From contig NC_057719.1 of NCBI RefSeq assembly GCF_004010195.1, positions 76,676,849 to 76,740,848 on the forward strand: a DNA stretch of 64,000 nucleotides, in the 5' to 3' direction. The position numbers and the translations under genes are program-made. The notes below the pieces were generated by a model. The model was not told the DNA's origin, ran no database searches, and worked only from the letters and a program-made list of their open reading frames with translations. Source of the stretch: Chiloscyllium plagiosum. Lineage: Eukaryota. Positions 12,350 to 25,900 of the stretch are shown here, in pieces. Each line of letters starts with the position of its first letter. The first letter of the stretch is position 1.

Positions 12350-12782
12350 AAGCAAGGGCAGGATGGTCTGGCACAGGATGGAAAGTCTCAGTTATGATGA
12401 GAGACTGAATAGGCTGGGTTTGTTTTCCTTGGAGCTGAGGAGGCTGGGGTAGGAGGGGCAGGAGATCTGACTGGGATGAGGCGTAGACAGAGTAGATCAT
12501 GGGGATCCTTTTACCCCTGGGTCTAAGGCCAGAGAGTGCAAGTTTAAGGTGAGGGGTGGGTGGTTTAGAGGATTCCTAAGAGGGTGGTAGAAATATGGAG
12601 CATGCTTCCTGAGAGAGTGGTGGAGGCAGGTACTCTTCCAACATTTAAGAAGTGACTGGATGAGCACTTAAACTGCTGGGGCATAGTGAAGGTAAATGGG
12701 ATTAAAGTAGTTTTGTGTTTGGTGGTCAGACATGGTGGACTGAAGGGCCTGTTTCTATGCTGTGTGTCTCCATGACTCTATG
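12350..12782 (+). mobile_element. Old CR1 LINE 3' fragment
   Basis: GAGAGACTGAATAGGCTGGG...GTGGTGGAGGCAGGTAC...GAAGGGCCTGTTTCTATGCTG...ATGACTCTATG tail. Confidence 0.8.
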
Positions 12783-15700
12783 TCAGGTACTTGTTGAGCT
12801 CCAGCCACCAAGTACTCACTCTCATTTACCCGTCAAGAAATAGCCTCGTTCTCGCAGAGCATTCGATAGCAGTCAAAATAGCACCTATGAATTTTCATAA
12901 GGTGCCCAGCAATTGTTTCAAGAAGCTCATGACAAAATTGTACATGGAGTACCATTTCTGCAATGGAGGCTGACAGCGTGTGTGGGGAGGTTTCCTGGTT
13001 TGCTGTACCGTGCTGGGTACAAAGGTCCAGGATGACATGGTTTTCACTCCACGGAAGCAGGTGTAGCAAGATGTTGGACACACTGCCCCAGAAGCACTTT
13101 GGAGCCAACTACAGGAGCTGCCCACTACACAAGAGGTCTGTTTCACTGAGACTGTTTTCCAGCTACATTATACAATAGGTAGTTTGGCTCTCTTACCCTC
13201 ATGCCCCACATCATTACCCACTCCGTGTGGCTGGATGAGCACTTAAACTGCTGGGGCATAGTGAAGGTAAATGGGATTAAAGTTTTCCAGCTACATTATA
13301 CAATAGGTAGTTTGGCTCTCTTACCCTCATGCCCCACATCATTACCCACTCCGTGTGGCTCCATACAGCCCCAATTCAATGTCAGTTTGTGTCCCCAACC
13401 CAACTCCAATGGTGCTTCATGCTGTCTATGCCAACTCATCACCTTTCCGTGTCCATTCACCCAGTATACAGACCCAATTAATCCTATATACGTATGGTAC
13501 TGTTCAGAAAAAAAACACAAACCTTTTGAAAAACTTGCTGCAACTCAATGTAAGTGTCAAAACCATCAAAGTATTAATAACAAAGGATTTAAGCTTGTAG
13601 TGCCCCCTAATTTTGTATGAATAGACACTGAGACATTGACAAAGGGCTCACATATAAAAATTATTATTAAAACATTTACCTTTTTTCCTGATCTCTCTGT
13701 TCAGCGACATTATTATACGCCTCTGGAGCTGGTGGGACTTGAACCCAGCCTCCTGGTCCAGGGGTACGGACATCACCACTGTGCCACAAGACAGGCCCTT
13801 AAAAATAGCCACATCAAATAAATGATCAAGCAAATCCATCCAGTGGGCCGTCTAATTGGACAAGGTTTCCTTTTTACAGTCTGGACTCCATGCTAACTTG
13901 GCAGGGAAGATGCATGGGGGCGGGGGTGATGGATGGGGAATGGGAATAAGGTTAAGACAATGTGAACAAACGTTTCAAAAGGTTCCTGAATCTAGACTAC
14001 GGTCCATGATTCCTCGGAGAACCACAAGTTATGGAGAAGCTGGCCTGATCACACACGCACACAAAAAAATAGTATAGTTTGGAGGTGCCTACCCTGCAAT
14101 GGAACCAGTCAGATCAGGAGCACAGGTTTACTATTCACACCCATTCTGGGGACTCCAATTACATAAAATCAATGCCGGATTCTCATGACCAGAAACCGAA
14201 TGTTAAGTCGTACTTAAGACCCAGGCAATATTTAAGTCCAGGAAGCCGGGCGCAAAGGAGAGAAGGAAGGAAAGAGAAAGATTAGGGAAGAAGTTGAAAA
14301 AGGGGAACTAGGGAAGAAGGATTCAGGGCAAAGAAAATTGAATGGATGGAGAGGAGGATAAAGGGGAAAAGAAAAAGAGGAAAATGAGTTTGGGAAACGG
14401 GAAAAAGAGAATGAAGGGAGAGAAAGGCATCCAAGACCTTAATAAGGAAGAAAAGGAATGGATAAAATTCCCCCCTTCATCAGCCCCAACTTTCTGATTA
14501 TTCACGGTGTTGGATGTGCTGAGCTAAAATGTTCTTCACCGTGACCTCAAAATTCCATGCAATGTTGGTGTGGGAGGGCTGCACACATTCGCCATCTGAA
14601 GTAACACTCAGCTTGGGTTGAATCTAACCATCTATCCAACCACCGTGCTTCTCTCAGTGACAACACAAGATAATCTCATCCTCTGGCAATGGAACCTGTC
14701 CCTGTCATGAAGGATTCTGGCTTGGCCATGAGGCTTTGCCCCTCTCCTGAAAACCTGGTTCTTCCCTCGAAAACTGCCTCCCGCTAAAGGTCCTGACCCT
14801 TTCCCGAAAATCCAGAACCTCCATGAGGGTTCTGATTCTCTCCTGAAGGTACTGATTGCGTTATCAAGATTCTATCCTGTCCAGAAGATTTTGACCCTTT
14901 CCTGAAGATTTGACATGTACCTGTGGTTCACTGTCTATGAAGGGCCAAAGACTTGGGGAACTCTCCGACACATCCATTTCAGACAAGGAGATAGAAGCAA
15001 TGGCTTTGGGGCCCTCGGGCTACCAATAAGAGGTTACTTGTCCCAAATACAATGATTTAAATAAGCTTTTGAAGTGATACTGGAATGTATTTCCGAGAGA
15101 TCCATTGGAAAAATATTTCTGAATTTAAATCTGACAGAGAAAGAACAGTCTGGAAATAAATGCCTTTAATCAATGCTGACACTTATTGATGAGGCCGTTA
15201 TGCTCCATTAAAATATGAAATATGAAAATGTTACTGTGTAACTAGTGGAGGTAAATGCAAGCTGCGTGTGCAAATGCAATCTCTCCTTCAACCGTCCCCT
15301 CGCCCTGACCTTCAACTTAATAACAAACAAGTTAAGCTGCTGTTGCCAGGATGTTACAGGCTTTGCCAGGTGAGTGACAGTCTGGCTATACTGTTGCGCC
15401 TGAGTCTTCAGCTGTCTTTGAGCTCGCCCTCTTAACTGATCAATGATTCCTGCCGCAGCCATCAGAGAGCAGGTTCCTGGAGCAATCACCTGCGTGTTCA
15501 TAACCTCCTTATCACAGGCTGGCAGCTGTAGAAGGTGCAACGCTTCCTTCAAAACACTGCACACTGAGGCAAAATAAATCCCTCTGGCTGTTCTTTAAAA
15601 GTGGCTGCTTTCATTTCAGCTCAAATTTACAGTCCTGCTTCCTACATAGGAAAAGCAAACAAGCAATTTGCATTCTGGTGACACTATGGCTGAGCTACTA

Positions 15701-16872
15701 TATCATGCACTTTATCCCTCCCCAGTTCGAACATTCAGTTTATATAAACTGAATTGTGCGAAGGGCTCTAACAGGCATAACTCTATTTCTTTCCAACTTC
15801 CACCCCCGAAGCTGATCCTTACCTTTGAATCTGTTCTGGCCAATCTGCAGTCTATTCCTTGCGAAGCTTATGCAGCATTTTTATTTATTTATTCATTCAC
15901 AAGATACGAGTGCCACTGGCCAGACTAGCACTTATTGCTCATTCCTGATCCCTGATGCCTCATTCCTGATGAAAGGCCTTTGCCCGAAACGTCGATTCTC
16001 CTGCTCGTCAGATGCTGCCTGACCTGCTTGGCTTTTCCAGCACCACACTCTCGACTTTGATCTCCAGCATCTGCATCCTCACTTTCTCCTTAGGCGAGCA
16101 TTTATTGCCCATCCCTAATTGCCCGAAGGGCAGTTAAGTGTCAATGATATTGCTGTGTGTCTGCAATCATGTGTAGGCCAGACCAGATAAGGATAGCAGT
16201 TTCCTTCCCTAAAGGGCAATACTGAACCTGATGGGCTTTTTATGTCAGTCGTCAATAATTTCATGGTCATCATTAGACTCTTAATCCAGATTGTTATTGA
16301 ATTCAAATTCCATCCTGGCCATATTCGAACCCAGGTCCCAGAAAATGGCTTGATTAATGGCCTAACAATAATGCCACTAGGCCATCACCTCCACTGAGAC
16401 TATGGGCAGGTTTTTTTGCTCCCTGGACAAGTAGCTTGGATTTAGCAATCCCGCCTTGATGTAACAGGCTCCACAGAGATTGGGCAGTTTGGGGCACAGG
16501 ATCGATTTAGGCTGACCAAATACAAAGGTATCAATGCGGGCAGGCGAACAGTGAAATTGTCTGATTAAAAGACCTGTCTTGGTATTCTGAAAATTTGTCT
16601 CAGTTGCGTTAAAGCTTTTCATCACTCTAGCCCTCATGTCTCACACCCCTCAGCTCAATGCTACCCCCATACCCCACATAACCCTCATACCCTATCTATT
16701 CCACCTCAAGATCCATTGCTAATTGACAAGTGTCCACTATCAACAGATCTCAGGAACTGTGCAGAAATGAAAATAAAAGATTAAACTCTTAGCATCTAAT
16801 AGAGCTGCCACTCATACACATTTGATACAGAAGTTATTTAAATCCCCTAATGTGGTTGATCTGTTATAAAAA

Positions 16873-17448
16873 AGAGCTGAAAATGTGTTGCTGGAAAAGC
16901 GCAGCAGGTCAGGCAGCATCCAGGGAACAGGAGAATCGATGTTTCGGGCATAAGCCCTTCTTCAGGAATGAGGAAAGTTTGTCCAGCAGGCTAAGATAAA
17001 AGGTAGGGAGGAGGGACTTGGGGGAGGGGCGTCGGAAATGTGATAGGTGGAAAGAGGTCAAGGTGAGGGTGATAGGTCAGACTGGGGTGGGGGCGGAGAG
17101 GTCGGGAAGAAGATTGCAGGTTAGGAAGGCGGTGCTGAATTCGATGGATTTGACTGAGACAAGGTGGGGGGAGGGGAAATACCTTGTCTCAGTCAAATCC
17201 ATCGAACTCAGCACCGCCTTCCTAACCTGCAATCTTCTTCCCGACCTCTCCGCCCCCACCCCAGTCTCACCTATCACCCTCACCTTGACCTCTTTCCACC
17301 TATCACATCTCCGGTGAGGGGGGAGGTGTGGGCGCAAGTCTTGCACCTCCTGCGGTTGCAGGGCAAGGTGCCGGGAGTGGAGGTTGGGTTGGTGGGGGTG
17401 TCCACATTTTCAGCTCTGATCTCCAGCATCTGCAGACCTCACTTTCTC
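16873..17448. mobile_element. Penelope-like element insertion with internal 133-bp inverted repeat and 12-bp TSD
   Basis: PLE terminal motifs at both ends in opposite orientation. CTGTTATAAAAA is duplicated at 16861-16872 and 17449-17460. Confidence 0.8.
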
Positions 17449-18264
17449 CTGTTATAAAAACAAGCAAGTGTCTATTGAGTAACCATATTAAAGACTGATA
17501 ATACTTCAAACTCCCCTTAAAACTGTCAATAAAACTGTGACCTCAGCTGCTATACTGTGGGGATAAGTGGTTTTGAAAATTTTGTTAATCTGCCAAGCAG
17601 TCGTAATGGATTTAGTTATAATAACAGCAATGTGATCTATAGAAAACAATTGCCATCTGTTACTGAAGTTTCAAAGTTACACAAGATGGCCTGTCAATCA
17701 AAATAATCCAGCAACCTGTGATTTTTGTTTATACTCTATCTGACATCTGCAGCTTTTCCCAATGTTTAAAATGGATGAGCATTTAAATATCTTCAGACCA
17801 TGACATTGTCCATCTTGTAAGGACATTTATATTGCCTCCATCCTTTTGAGTCTGCCCACAACAGATTAAACCCATCGCAACATCAGAAAGTGGGTCTGTT
17901 CAAACTCTGCACTAGTTTCAAATGGTCCAACCGGAATTTCCCATCTATGCTGTTCTTAATAAACGATCTTTCTCCTTCTAGCCAAAATAGTATTGAGTTG
18001 GATTGTGGGCAAGATTATTGCAGATCCTGCCCACATTTCTAAAGGTCTCTTTTGTCCCATGAATATCTAGGCCAATTTGTCCTCTTCCCAAATTCTGGAA
18101 GGCAGTGACTATAGCCTAGCTGTGCCTCAGAACAGTTTTTCTTCTCGATCTAGGGTTGTGAGAATGAGATGGTGTACTACAATAAAATCAGCATGGGTTT
18201 ATTTAAGCACCCACTTTGAATGGTAAAATATGTAAAGGTGCCTCACAGGCATTGTCTGCAAGGC

Positions 18265-18770
18265 ATAAATCAGGAATGTGATGGAATATTCCCCACTCAC
18301 CTGGATGGGTGCAGCCCAACAACAGTCAAGAAACTTAACACCATCCAGGACAGAGCAGCTTGCTTGATGGCACCATGTCCACAAATATCTTCTTCCTCCA
18401 CTACCTGCACTCAGTAGCAGCAGTGTGCATTATCTACAAGATGCACTGCAAAACTTCACCAAAGATTCTCAGACAGCACCTTCCAAACCCACGACCTAGA
18501 AGGACAAGGGTGGCAGATAAATGGGAATACCATCACCTTCAACTTCCCCTCCAAGCCACTCACCATCCTTACTTAGAAATATATCGGCAATCCTTCACTG
18601 TTGTTGGGTCAAAATCCTGGAATACGCTCTCTACACCATTATGGGTCAACCGTTAGCAGTGGACTGCAGTGGTTCAAGAAGGCAGCTCACCACCAACTTC
18701 TCAAGGGCAACTAGGGATGGGTAATAAATGCTGGCCAGCCAGCGATGCCCACATCCCACAAATGAACTTT
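18265..18770 (+). mobile_element. CR1/L2-group LINE 3' end (second family)
   Basis: KKLNTIQDRAACL...HSVAAVCIIYKMHC plus 3' UTR. Related pieces at ~16090-16390, 44300-44570, 45100-45420, 55280-55530, 58640-58970, 61200-61520 and 63370-63660. Confidence 0.7.
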
Positions 18771-20295
18771 TAAAAAATTGAGGGAAAGTCTTCGAAGAAG
18801 ACATGATGGCAGATGACCACAAGCTTTGTCAGAGCAGTAGGTTTTAAGGTGGGCTGCTGATTCATGATCACTGAATATCCATCAAGTTACAAAGTCAGAA
18901 CTACTCCAATGAAGTGAAGAACACGCTAATGGGCAAAAACTGAATAAAACACCAAGTGAACAATGCCTAGAATATGATCAAAGTTCCTCAGCACATTAAA
19001 TGCACTGTTAGAAATCCATATTTGAAGTTCTTTATATCCGTAAGCTTCAAAAATAAATGACCCACATTTTTTTATCGCAAGATAATGTTGGATTGCATCT
19101 ATGTCTTCATTGGCCATTTCTGAGTACAACACTGCCTTTGGACTTATGAAACTGACTTGAAACTGATAAGCAGATTAATGGAAAGAAAATGGATCCAGAA
19201 GCTGCAATAACTGAGCATTATTAATATTATTACTATTGACTGAGTAAGCCTCTCGATCCTGAGATGAATGAGCCTCCTATAGATTCTCCTCAGCTCCATC
19301 TCAGTAATATACACCTGGCTCTCTCTCAGTGTTCAATTACAGTCAGTCGCACTCCCTAGGCAGGCACAGGCCTGAACGTCTTTTTTCAGATGACAATTTA
19401 TCACACAGCACAGACAGGTGCCTTGACTCAGTAACTGGCTGGCACCTCATGCGTGAAATAGCAGGCGAGAACTCATTGTCTGCAGCTGCAAGGCATGTTG
19501 AGGAATGATGGGAGCTCAGTTCAACACAGAATGGAATGAGAAGGAGCCACTAATAATCACATTGTCTAAACAATTGGGAGTCAGTTTGTACAGTTCAGTA
19601 AATAAGTGAGAGGCAGCCCAGCTTAATCAACTACACTTTCAATATAATGAGGCTTTTGTTTCTTTTCTGGACTCTTGACAGAAACCTGTAGACAAAGGAA
19701 TATATATGATTCCAAAATTGTTATGCTTAAAGTAAAAAATACAGGGGTTTGTTGTATACTTGACTAGTAAAGTTCAGAGATACTACAGAATCTTTGGTAG
19801 GTTTTAACTTCAACTGGTTTATTACATATTATATGCACCTTTACAGAAGTATGATTAACTCTGCGGAAACCACAATATTTACCACTAAGTCTCTTTCTCG
19901 TGTGATCTGTGACAGCAGCATAGTGGGGGGTATTCCTTTTACTGTCCCCAGACAAGAACCCTTTCAAAACCATATACTACAAATTTTGTTTGTATTTTTA
20001 CCTGATTCTTTGTTAGTGTTTCTTTAAATGAGTTCAACACGAAAGTCAATGACTCCATGTGTAAAGCAATTGTTTCCCAGTTGATCTTTGTGGTTTTAAG
20101 TCCTGTTCCGAAAGTTTAAGCTCAAAATCTATAGGCTGACACTTCACCTGCAGCATTGATGGAGAGCTGCATTGTCAAAGGTGTCACAACACAGAGTAGA
20201 TATTAAATTGAGGTCCCATCAGGTTGTTGCTGAAGATCCATGGAACTATACAACAACATGTAGAGAATTCTCCATATTTCCTGACCAGCATTCAC

Positions 20296-20760
20296 ACATA
20301 GGAACAGGAGTAGGCCATTCAGCCCCTTGAGTATGTTCCACCAATCAATGAGATCAGGGCTGATCTGTGGTCTAATTCCAATTACCTGCCTTTGGTCCAT
20401 ATCCCTTAATACCTTTGCTTAACATAAAATTATCTATCTCAGACTTAAAATTGACAACTGATCCAGCGTCCACTGCTATTTGTGGAAGAGAGTTCCAAAC
20501 ATCTGCCACCTTTGTGTGTAGAAATGGTTCCTAACATCTTTTCTTAACAATCTGGCTCTAATTCCCAGACTATTGCCCCAGTTCTATAATTCCCAACCTG
20601 TGGAAGAAGTTTAGTTTTACTTATATTGTCAATATCTAGAACATTTCGATCAGATCACCCCTTAGTCTTCTAAGTTCTAGTGATAAACAGGCATAATTTG
20701 TATTATCTCTCCTCATCGATTTAGCCCTGAAGTCTAGGTATTGTCATATCAACCAGCATT
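20296..20760 (-). mobile_element. Old CR1 LINE 3' fragment
   Basis: CATAGGAACAGGAGTAGGCCATTCAGCCC tail and degenerate ORF2 end. Related copies at ~25640-26380 and 53640-54470. Confidence 0.75.
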
Positions 20761-22721
20761 GCCATTAAATACGTTAATGGAACATTATGTCATGGCTGTT
20801 TGAAGAGTGTTTTGGTGCAACAGTGACAGTACTGCAAAAACAATTAATTGTATGAAGTGCATTAAGGCATGTTACAAATAATATTGTCAATATTAACTGA
20901 GAATCCAACTATGTTCCAAATTAAATGAGAAAAAATTGAACCTATTTTCCGGTAATCACCACCAAATGGTTACGTTTCTGACTTGGAATTGACCAAACAA
21001 GGTACAGGTTTCTATTCCTAAAGATAAAGTGGTTGGGTTTATTGCACAGTGCAAAATCTTCATGATCATCAACTTTGGTGTGCAGGTTTTCACACTAAGT
21101 GCTAGGTCTCCAGCTGCCTGGTGGGATTTGAACTTATATCTTCAATGGAATTATTAGATGAAAGCAAGGATTTCCAAGTAAGCTTCAGAACCCAGGTTCA
21201 AATGGAAGAGTCTTAAAGCTTGCACTGTATGGGGGGACAATCAGACAATGTGATTTTCCCTAGGGAAACTAATTAATGGCCAGAGGACTTATTGCCTCCC
21301 ATGTTCACTTTTGGAAGACTGGCTAGGGAATACCATGTAAGCTCTGGGATCTAAAACAAAATCAAAAATGAAATGAGGACCTGTTAAACACACTATGAAA
21401 CCAAAAATGAAATGAGGATCTGTTAAACGTGCCATAAAATTTCCACTAATGAATGTTTGTGGGGATATTTTGTTTTTGAACAGGTGATTTTCGATGCCAC
21501 TTTTTCCTCCCAGGTTTGCTGTAGCCTGACTCCACTCCCAGATTGGTACAGCCTGCCAGTAAGAGGTTGGAATTGTTAGCTATCATCTGGTAAAAGTTCT
21601 GACATCAGATATGAACCTGGACAAGGTTGAGGGGCAAATGTTTGGAGAGCTTTATCATCTCGATTCATACAAAAATATTTGAACAAAGTTCCACACTCCA
21701 TTGGGAGTCAGGACCGATCAAAGACCTCTCAGGCAGACTGGAGGTCAATACTGAAAACATCCAAGAAAACTGAATGTATAAAAATGAATAAATTCAGTAT
21801 GCATGAAGACTGACATGGTGTCCTTCACTAGCATGGCAACTGCCTAGAGCAGCTGTGTGAAATGCTTTGCCTTTGTTTCGTAATTAGCACTTCTGATCCA
21901 ACGCCATGTGCTTTCCACTTCAGACGTGGCCCCCCATATGTGATTCAAATCTTAATGCAGGCAGACCACTCTATGAGGTGCCACTCAAATATCCAAATTT
22001 TGCCCATGAATTGCTGCCTGAGTGCAAGTTTAACAGAGATCTCCTCAGGGGAGTCAGAGCTGCAACAGGAGACTCATTAGCGCTGACAATTCAAATTAGG
22101 GAATACGGCATCTCAAAGTTTGGGAAAAAAAAACACCTGGATGTGACAAACGAAAGGTGAACAAATTACACTTCAGGGGACTGCAGATTGCAAATAGAGT
22201 CACACAGAAGACTCTTTTCCAACAACTTGAGAAAAATTTCATTCACAAGAATAGCTTTGGAACAATTCTGAAACTGTGTGTGGGGCAGGGGGATGGGGGC
22301 AGAGATAAAGTTATCAGCCAGTGCTCATTCTCCAGGTCACCAACCAGTGACCCACAAAATGGCTATGGGTAAATTCATTTTTAATTGTATGATCAATGCC
22401 CAGACATTGCCCAGACATCGTTCATAAAACAATAGGCAGCACATTGCATTCCTGCAGCCTGCTGCTGGTGCTTAGAGCAGCCATCAGTAACTACACAATT
22501 CATTGGCAGCACACATCGACAAGGGGTCATAAAGCCACTTTAAGGAAGACTCCAAGGGAGTGCCTGGAACAAACAGTGAGAGCCCTTTGTGAACTGAACA
22601 GGAAAGATGGTGCGCTGCTGGCCTTGGTGCTGATGATGAAGAATTAGACAGATATCCTGCAGTCTTAACAGGAAAGGAAAGGAAACCCTTCACACAGATA
22701 ACGAGGCGGGTCTGGGATGTA

Positions 22722-22950
22722 ATGGGTGGCTCAGTGGTTAGCACTGCTGCCTCACAGAGCCAGGAGTTGGGTTCAATTCCACTGTCTGGCGACTGTCTGT
22801 GTGGAATTTGCACATTCTCCCCGTGTCTGCATGGGTTTCCTCTGGAAGCTCCGGTTTCCTCTCACAGTGCAAAGGTATGCAGGCTAGGCGGATTAGCCAC
22901 ACCAAATTGCCTGTAATGTGCAGGCTAGGTGGATTAGCCACAGGGAATGG
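22722..22950 (+). mobile_element. HE1-like SINE (partial)
   Basis: GGTGGCTCAGTGGTTAGCACTGCTGCCTCACAG...GGTTCAATTCC A and B boxes. Confidence 0.85.
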
Positions 22951-25900
22951 AAGGATACAATGAGGGGGCGAGGAGTGAGTCTGCTTTCGATGCTAAGTGT
23001 GTCTGCATACCAAAACAGTCCTGGTGTTTTCCTGCTTCACTCTTCGCCCTCTTTTATGGTTCATGATTTGCAGTCTTACAAAACACCCACTTCTCACTCT
23101 ATCCCCTTCCCTCACCACAATCAAACCCTTTCAGACTTAGACACCCTGGACAGGAACCTTCTCGGTGAGTGGAGGAAGTGGGAGAGCACAGCATCACGTA
23201 GATGTTAAAGAGACCCAATCACCTCCCTTGTACTCGCAGCCACCACTAGCAATGTGCAGAGGTTCAATAGAGGATGGATCTGTACACAGCGAGACATGTG
23301 CAAAAGCGCACAGCATTTAAGGCAAGTAGAAAATGTGATGCAGATTTCACACTGCCAGAATGTGAGGCAACACACTAAATTTGCTACAAAAATCTGAGAT
23401 GATAACTTAAATGGTACAGCTACACAGGGAGGCTGAGATACAGACAGAACTAAATGCATGATGCACCAATGATCATGTCCAAAGACATAAAGGGGTGCAG
23501 GGCTTTTCCTGAGCCATCCAGCTACCAAGGTATTGCAAAAACGTGCTTTATACCTTATGTAGCATGGATCTTATTGTAGGCATGCTGTACATGTGCTCTC
23601 CAGATTGCAGTCATAAATCATGTCAGGAGAGGATTTATAAGAACTGAACAAACAAGTGCTAGAGTCAGTCATTTGGCCTTTCCAGCTGTGTTCACCGAGG
23701 CTGACCTTCTGCTTTAACTCCACTTTCATTCCCTTCATATCAATCAACTCAATGAAAAGTAAAATACTGAAATGAAACCAGAAAGTGCTGGAGAAACTCA
23801 GCAGGGCTGACAGCTTCTGTGAAGAGGGAAACAGGGGGTTACTGTTACAAGTCCTGTGACTCCTTTGTAAACGGGCTGAAGTAGGGTCACCTGACATGAA
23901 ACGCTTACTCTTAGTTTTTCTCTCTGCACAGATATTGCCAGACCTGCTCAGTTTCTCCAGCACTTTGTGATTTCTGTCTATCCATCAGCCTAATAGCTAG
24001 CATATTATTTACAGGACTGGTTGAAATTTGTGGTCACACAAAGGACTGTTGAATATATTGATAGAACTATAGAGTGAGATGGCACAGAGTGAGATGATTT
24101 AATCTACCCCGTCTGAGTATGTTCTTTGATAGTAGTATTCAATGAATCCCTCCTTCCCCACATCCGATTGACTTTCTCCTTTTTAAATACATATTTCACT
24201 TCTTCCACCAGTTGTTCAGGTTGGACATTCCAGATCATACAGCAAGTTGTTGTTTCCTCCCTCTTGACTCTACTTCCTCCGGTCTGCTTGTGAAAAGAGT
24301 TTCTCCTGCAGAATGGGAGAATCATGATTGCTCCTGAGATAGCGGGCATTCAACCTGCTTGCCATGCTGTCGGTGGTTGTAGATATGTCCCTCACTGGGG
24401 GAAGTGGATCCCTTTTCTGTTGATGAACACGGTTGAGTTGACAATGAGGTGCAGGGAAGACAGTGTGCGCTCCACCAATAGCATCCTGCATCGTGGAGAA
24501 ACCTACCATCTGTGCAAAACCTGTTTGTCTCTGGCAATTGGGAGTGAGATGGATATGTTTCTCATTGTAAAAGAAAGCCTCAGTGGCCTCCTGTCTACAG
24601 CACTTCATCGCAAACTGTGAAATGTTGTTTATATCTTTAGCAACAGGAGCTAATGGAAAAAAAAGTCGGAGCCACAGTCACCTTGACAACCAAAGGAAAT
24701 GCAGTCCTAGCTCAAAGTCAGGCAGCATGACCCAGAGCCATCTACAAGGGCTCTTTCATTGCCTTTTTATTGTCACTGTCATAATTAGGACTTGAAACGG
24801 CTTTTTTACCTCTGCTAAAATAGCCTGACACTTGTGACTATCTTGTGATGTAAAGCTAATGTAGATTTTTGTTAAAAATCATTTCTTACAATCTCAGTAT
24901 TTTATCTCAGTAGTTTAAAACTCTGCAACTAACACTTTATCAGCATTTTGGCAGAATTTTATGATCCCAGGTAGCCATTGAAATCCATAAGTAGCAGAAA
25001 TTTCAGTGAACACTTACTGGGCTTGAGAACTGGATAGGATTGACTATAACAGGTTATGAAGATATCAGTGGGACACATTATTGCTTATGGGAAAGATTTT
25101 TCTCCAACCACAACAATGAATTACATTTATATGGTGTCTTTCATATAACAAAATCTCTCAAGTTGTTTCAAAGGAGAATTATCAAACAAGGTGTGATAAA
25201 AGAATTTGTTGCTTTTTCAGTATATTTTATTTCCATTGTATGTACATACATCATCACTCTAGCTAGATTTGAATGAGATTCCCAACAAATGCAAAAGGAC
25301 TAAGTACACCCTTAGCATTACTTAGTCCACCAGCTTCAGCAATGATCATTATATATTATTCGATAACACCTTAAACAAAATAAGATCTGCATCATTCAAT
25401 AGGCAATCATTCAGATTTCTGTTACCAACTTTATGCCTGACCTTCCAGCTAACTGTGGTCAGAAATGCACAGTTGATAACATTTGTATAAGGAACAATTA
25501 GTAATTGTGCTTCAATCATCACAAACATTGTTTATGTGCAGACCTCCAATGTACAACAATATGCATTGCTTATACCTTTATTCCTTACCTTGCTAAGTTC
25601 TGAGCTATTAAGAGTACATTTCCAAATTAAGAACTTAAGATATAGGAGCGTATTAGCTCCTTGAATGTGCTCTGCTTTCCAATACAGTTATGACTGATCT
25701 TCTGCCTCAACTCTGCTTTCTTTCCCACTCCCCTTGACTCCCATAAATATACCTCAGCCTTGCATTTGTTTAACCCTGTGGTATAGTCAATTCCACAGAA
25801 TCACAACCACCTGAGTGAAGAGACTTCTCCTGACCTCAATACAAAATGATCAACACTTTTTCCTAAGACTATGCCTCCATATTCTAAATTTCCAAGTCAA

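Noticed and set aside
19847..19929. Possible additional exon (SMINSAETTIFTTKSLSRVICDSSIVG)
   Set aside because: The donor is weak and its phases do not fit between the 8809-8877 and 51039-51096 exons without further unseen exons.
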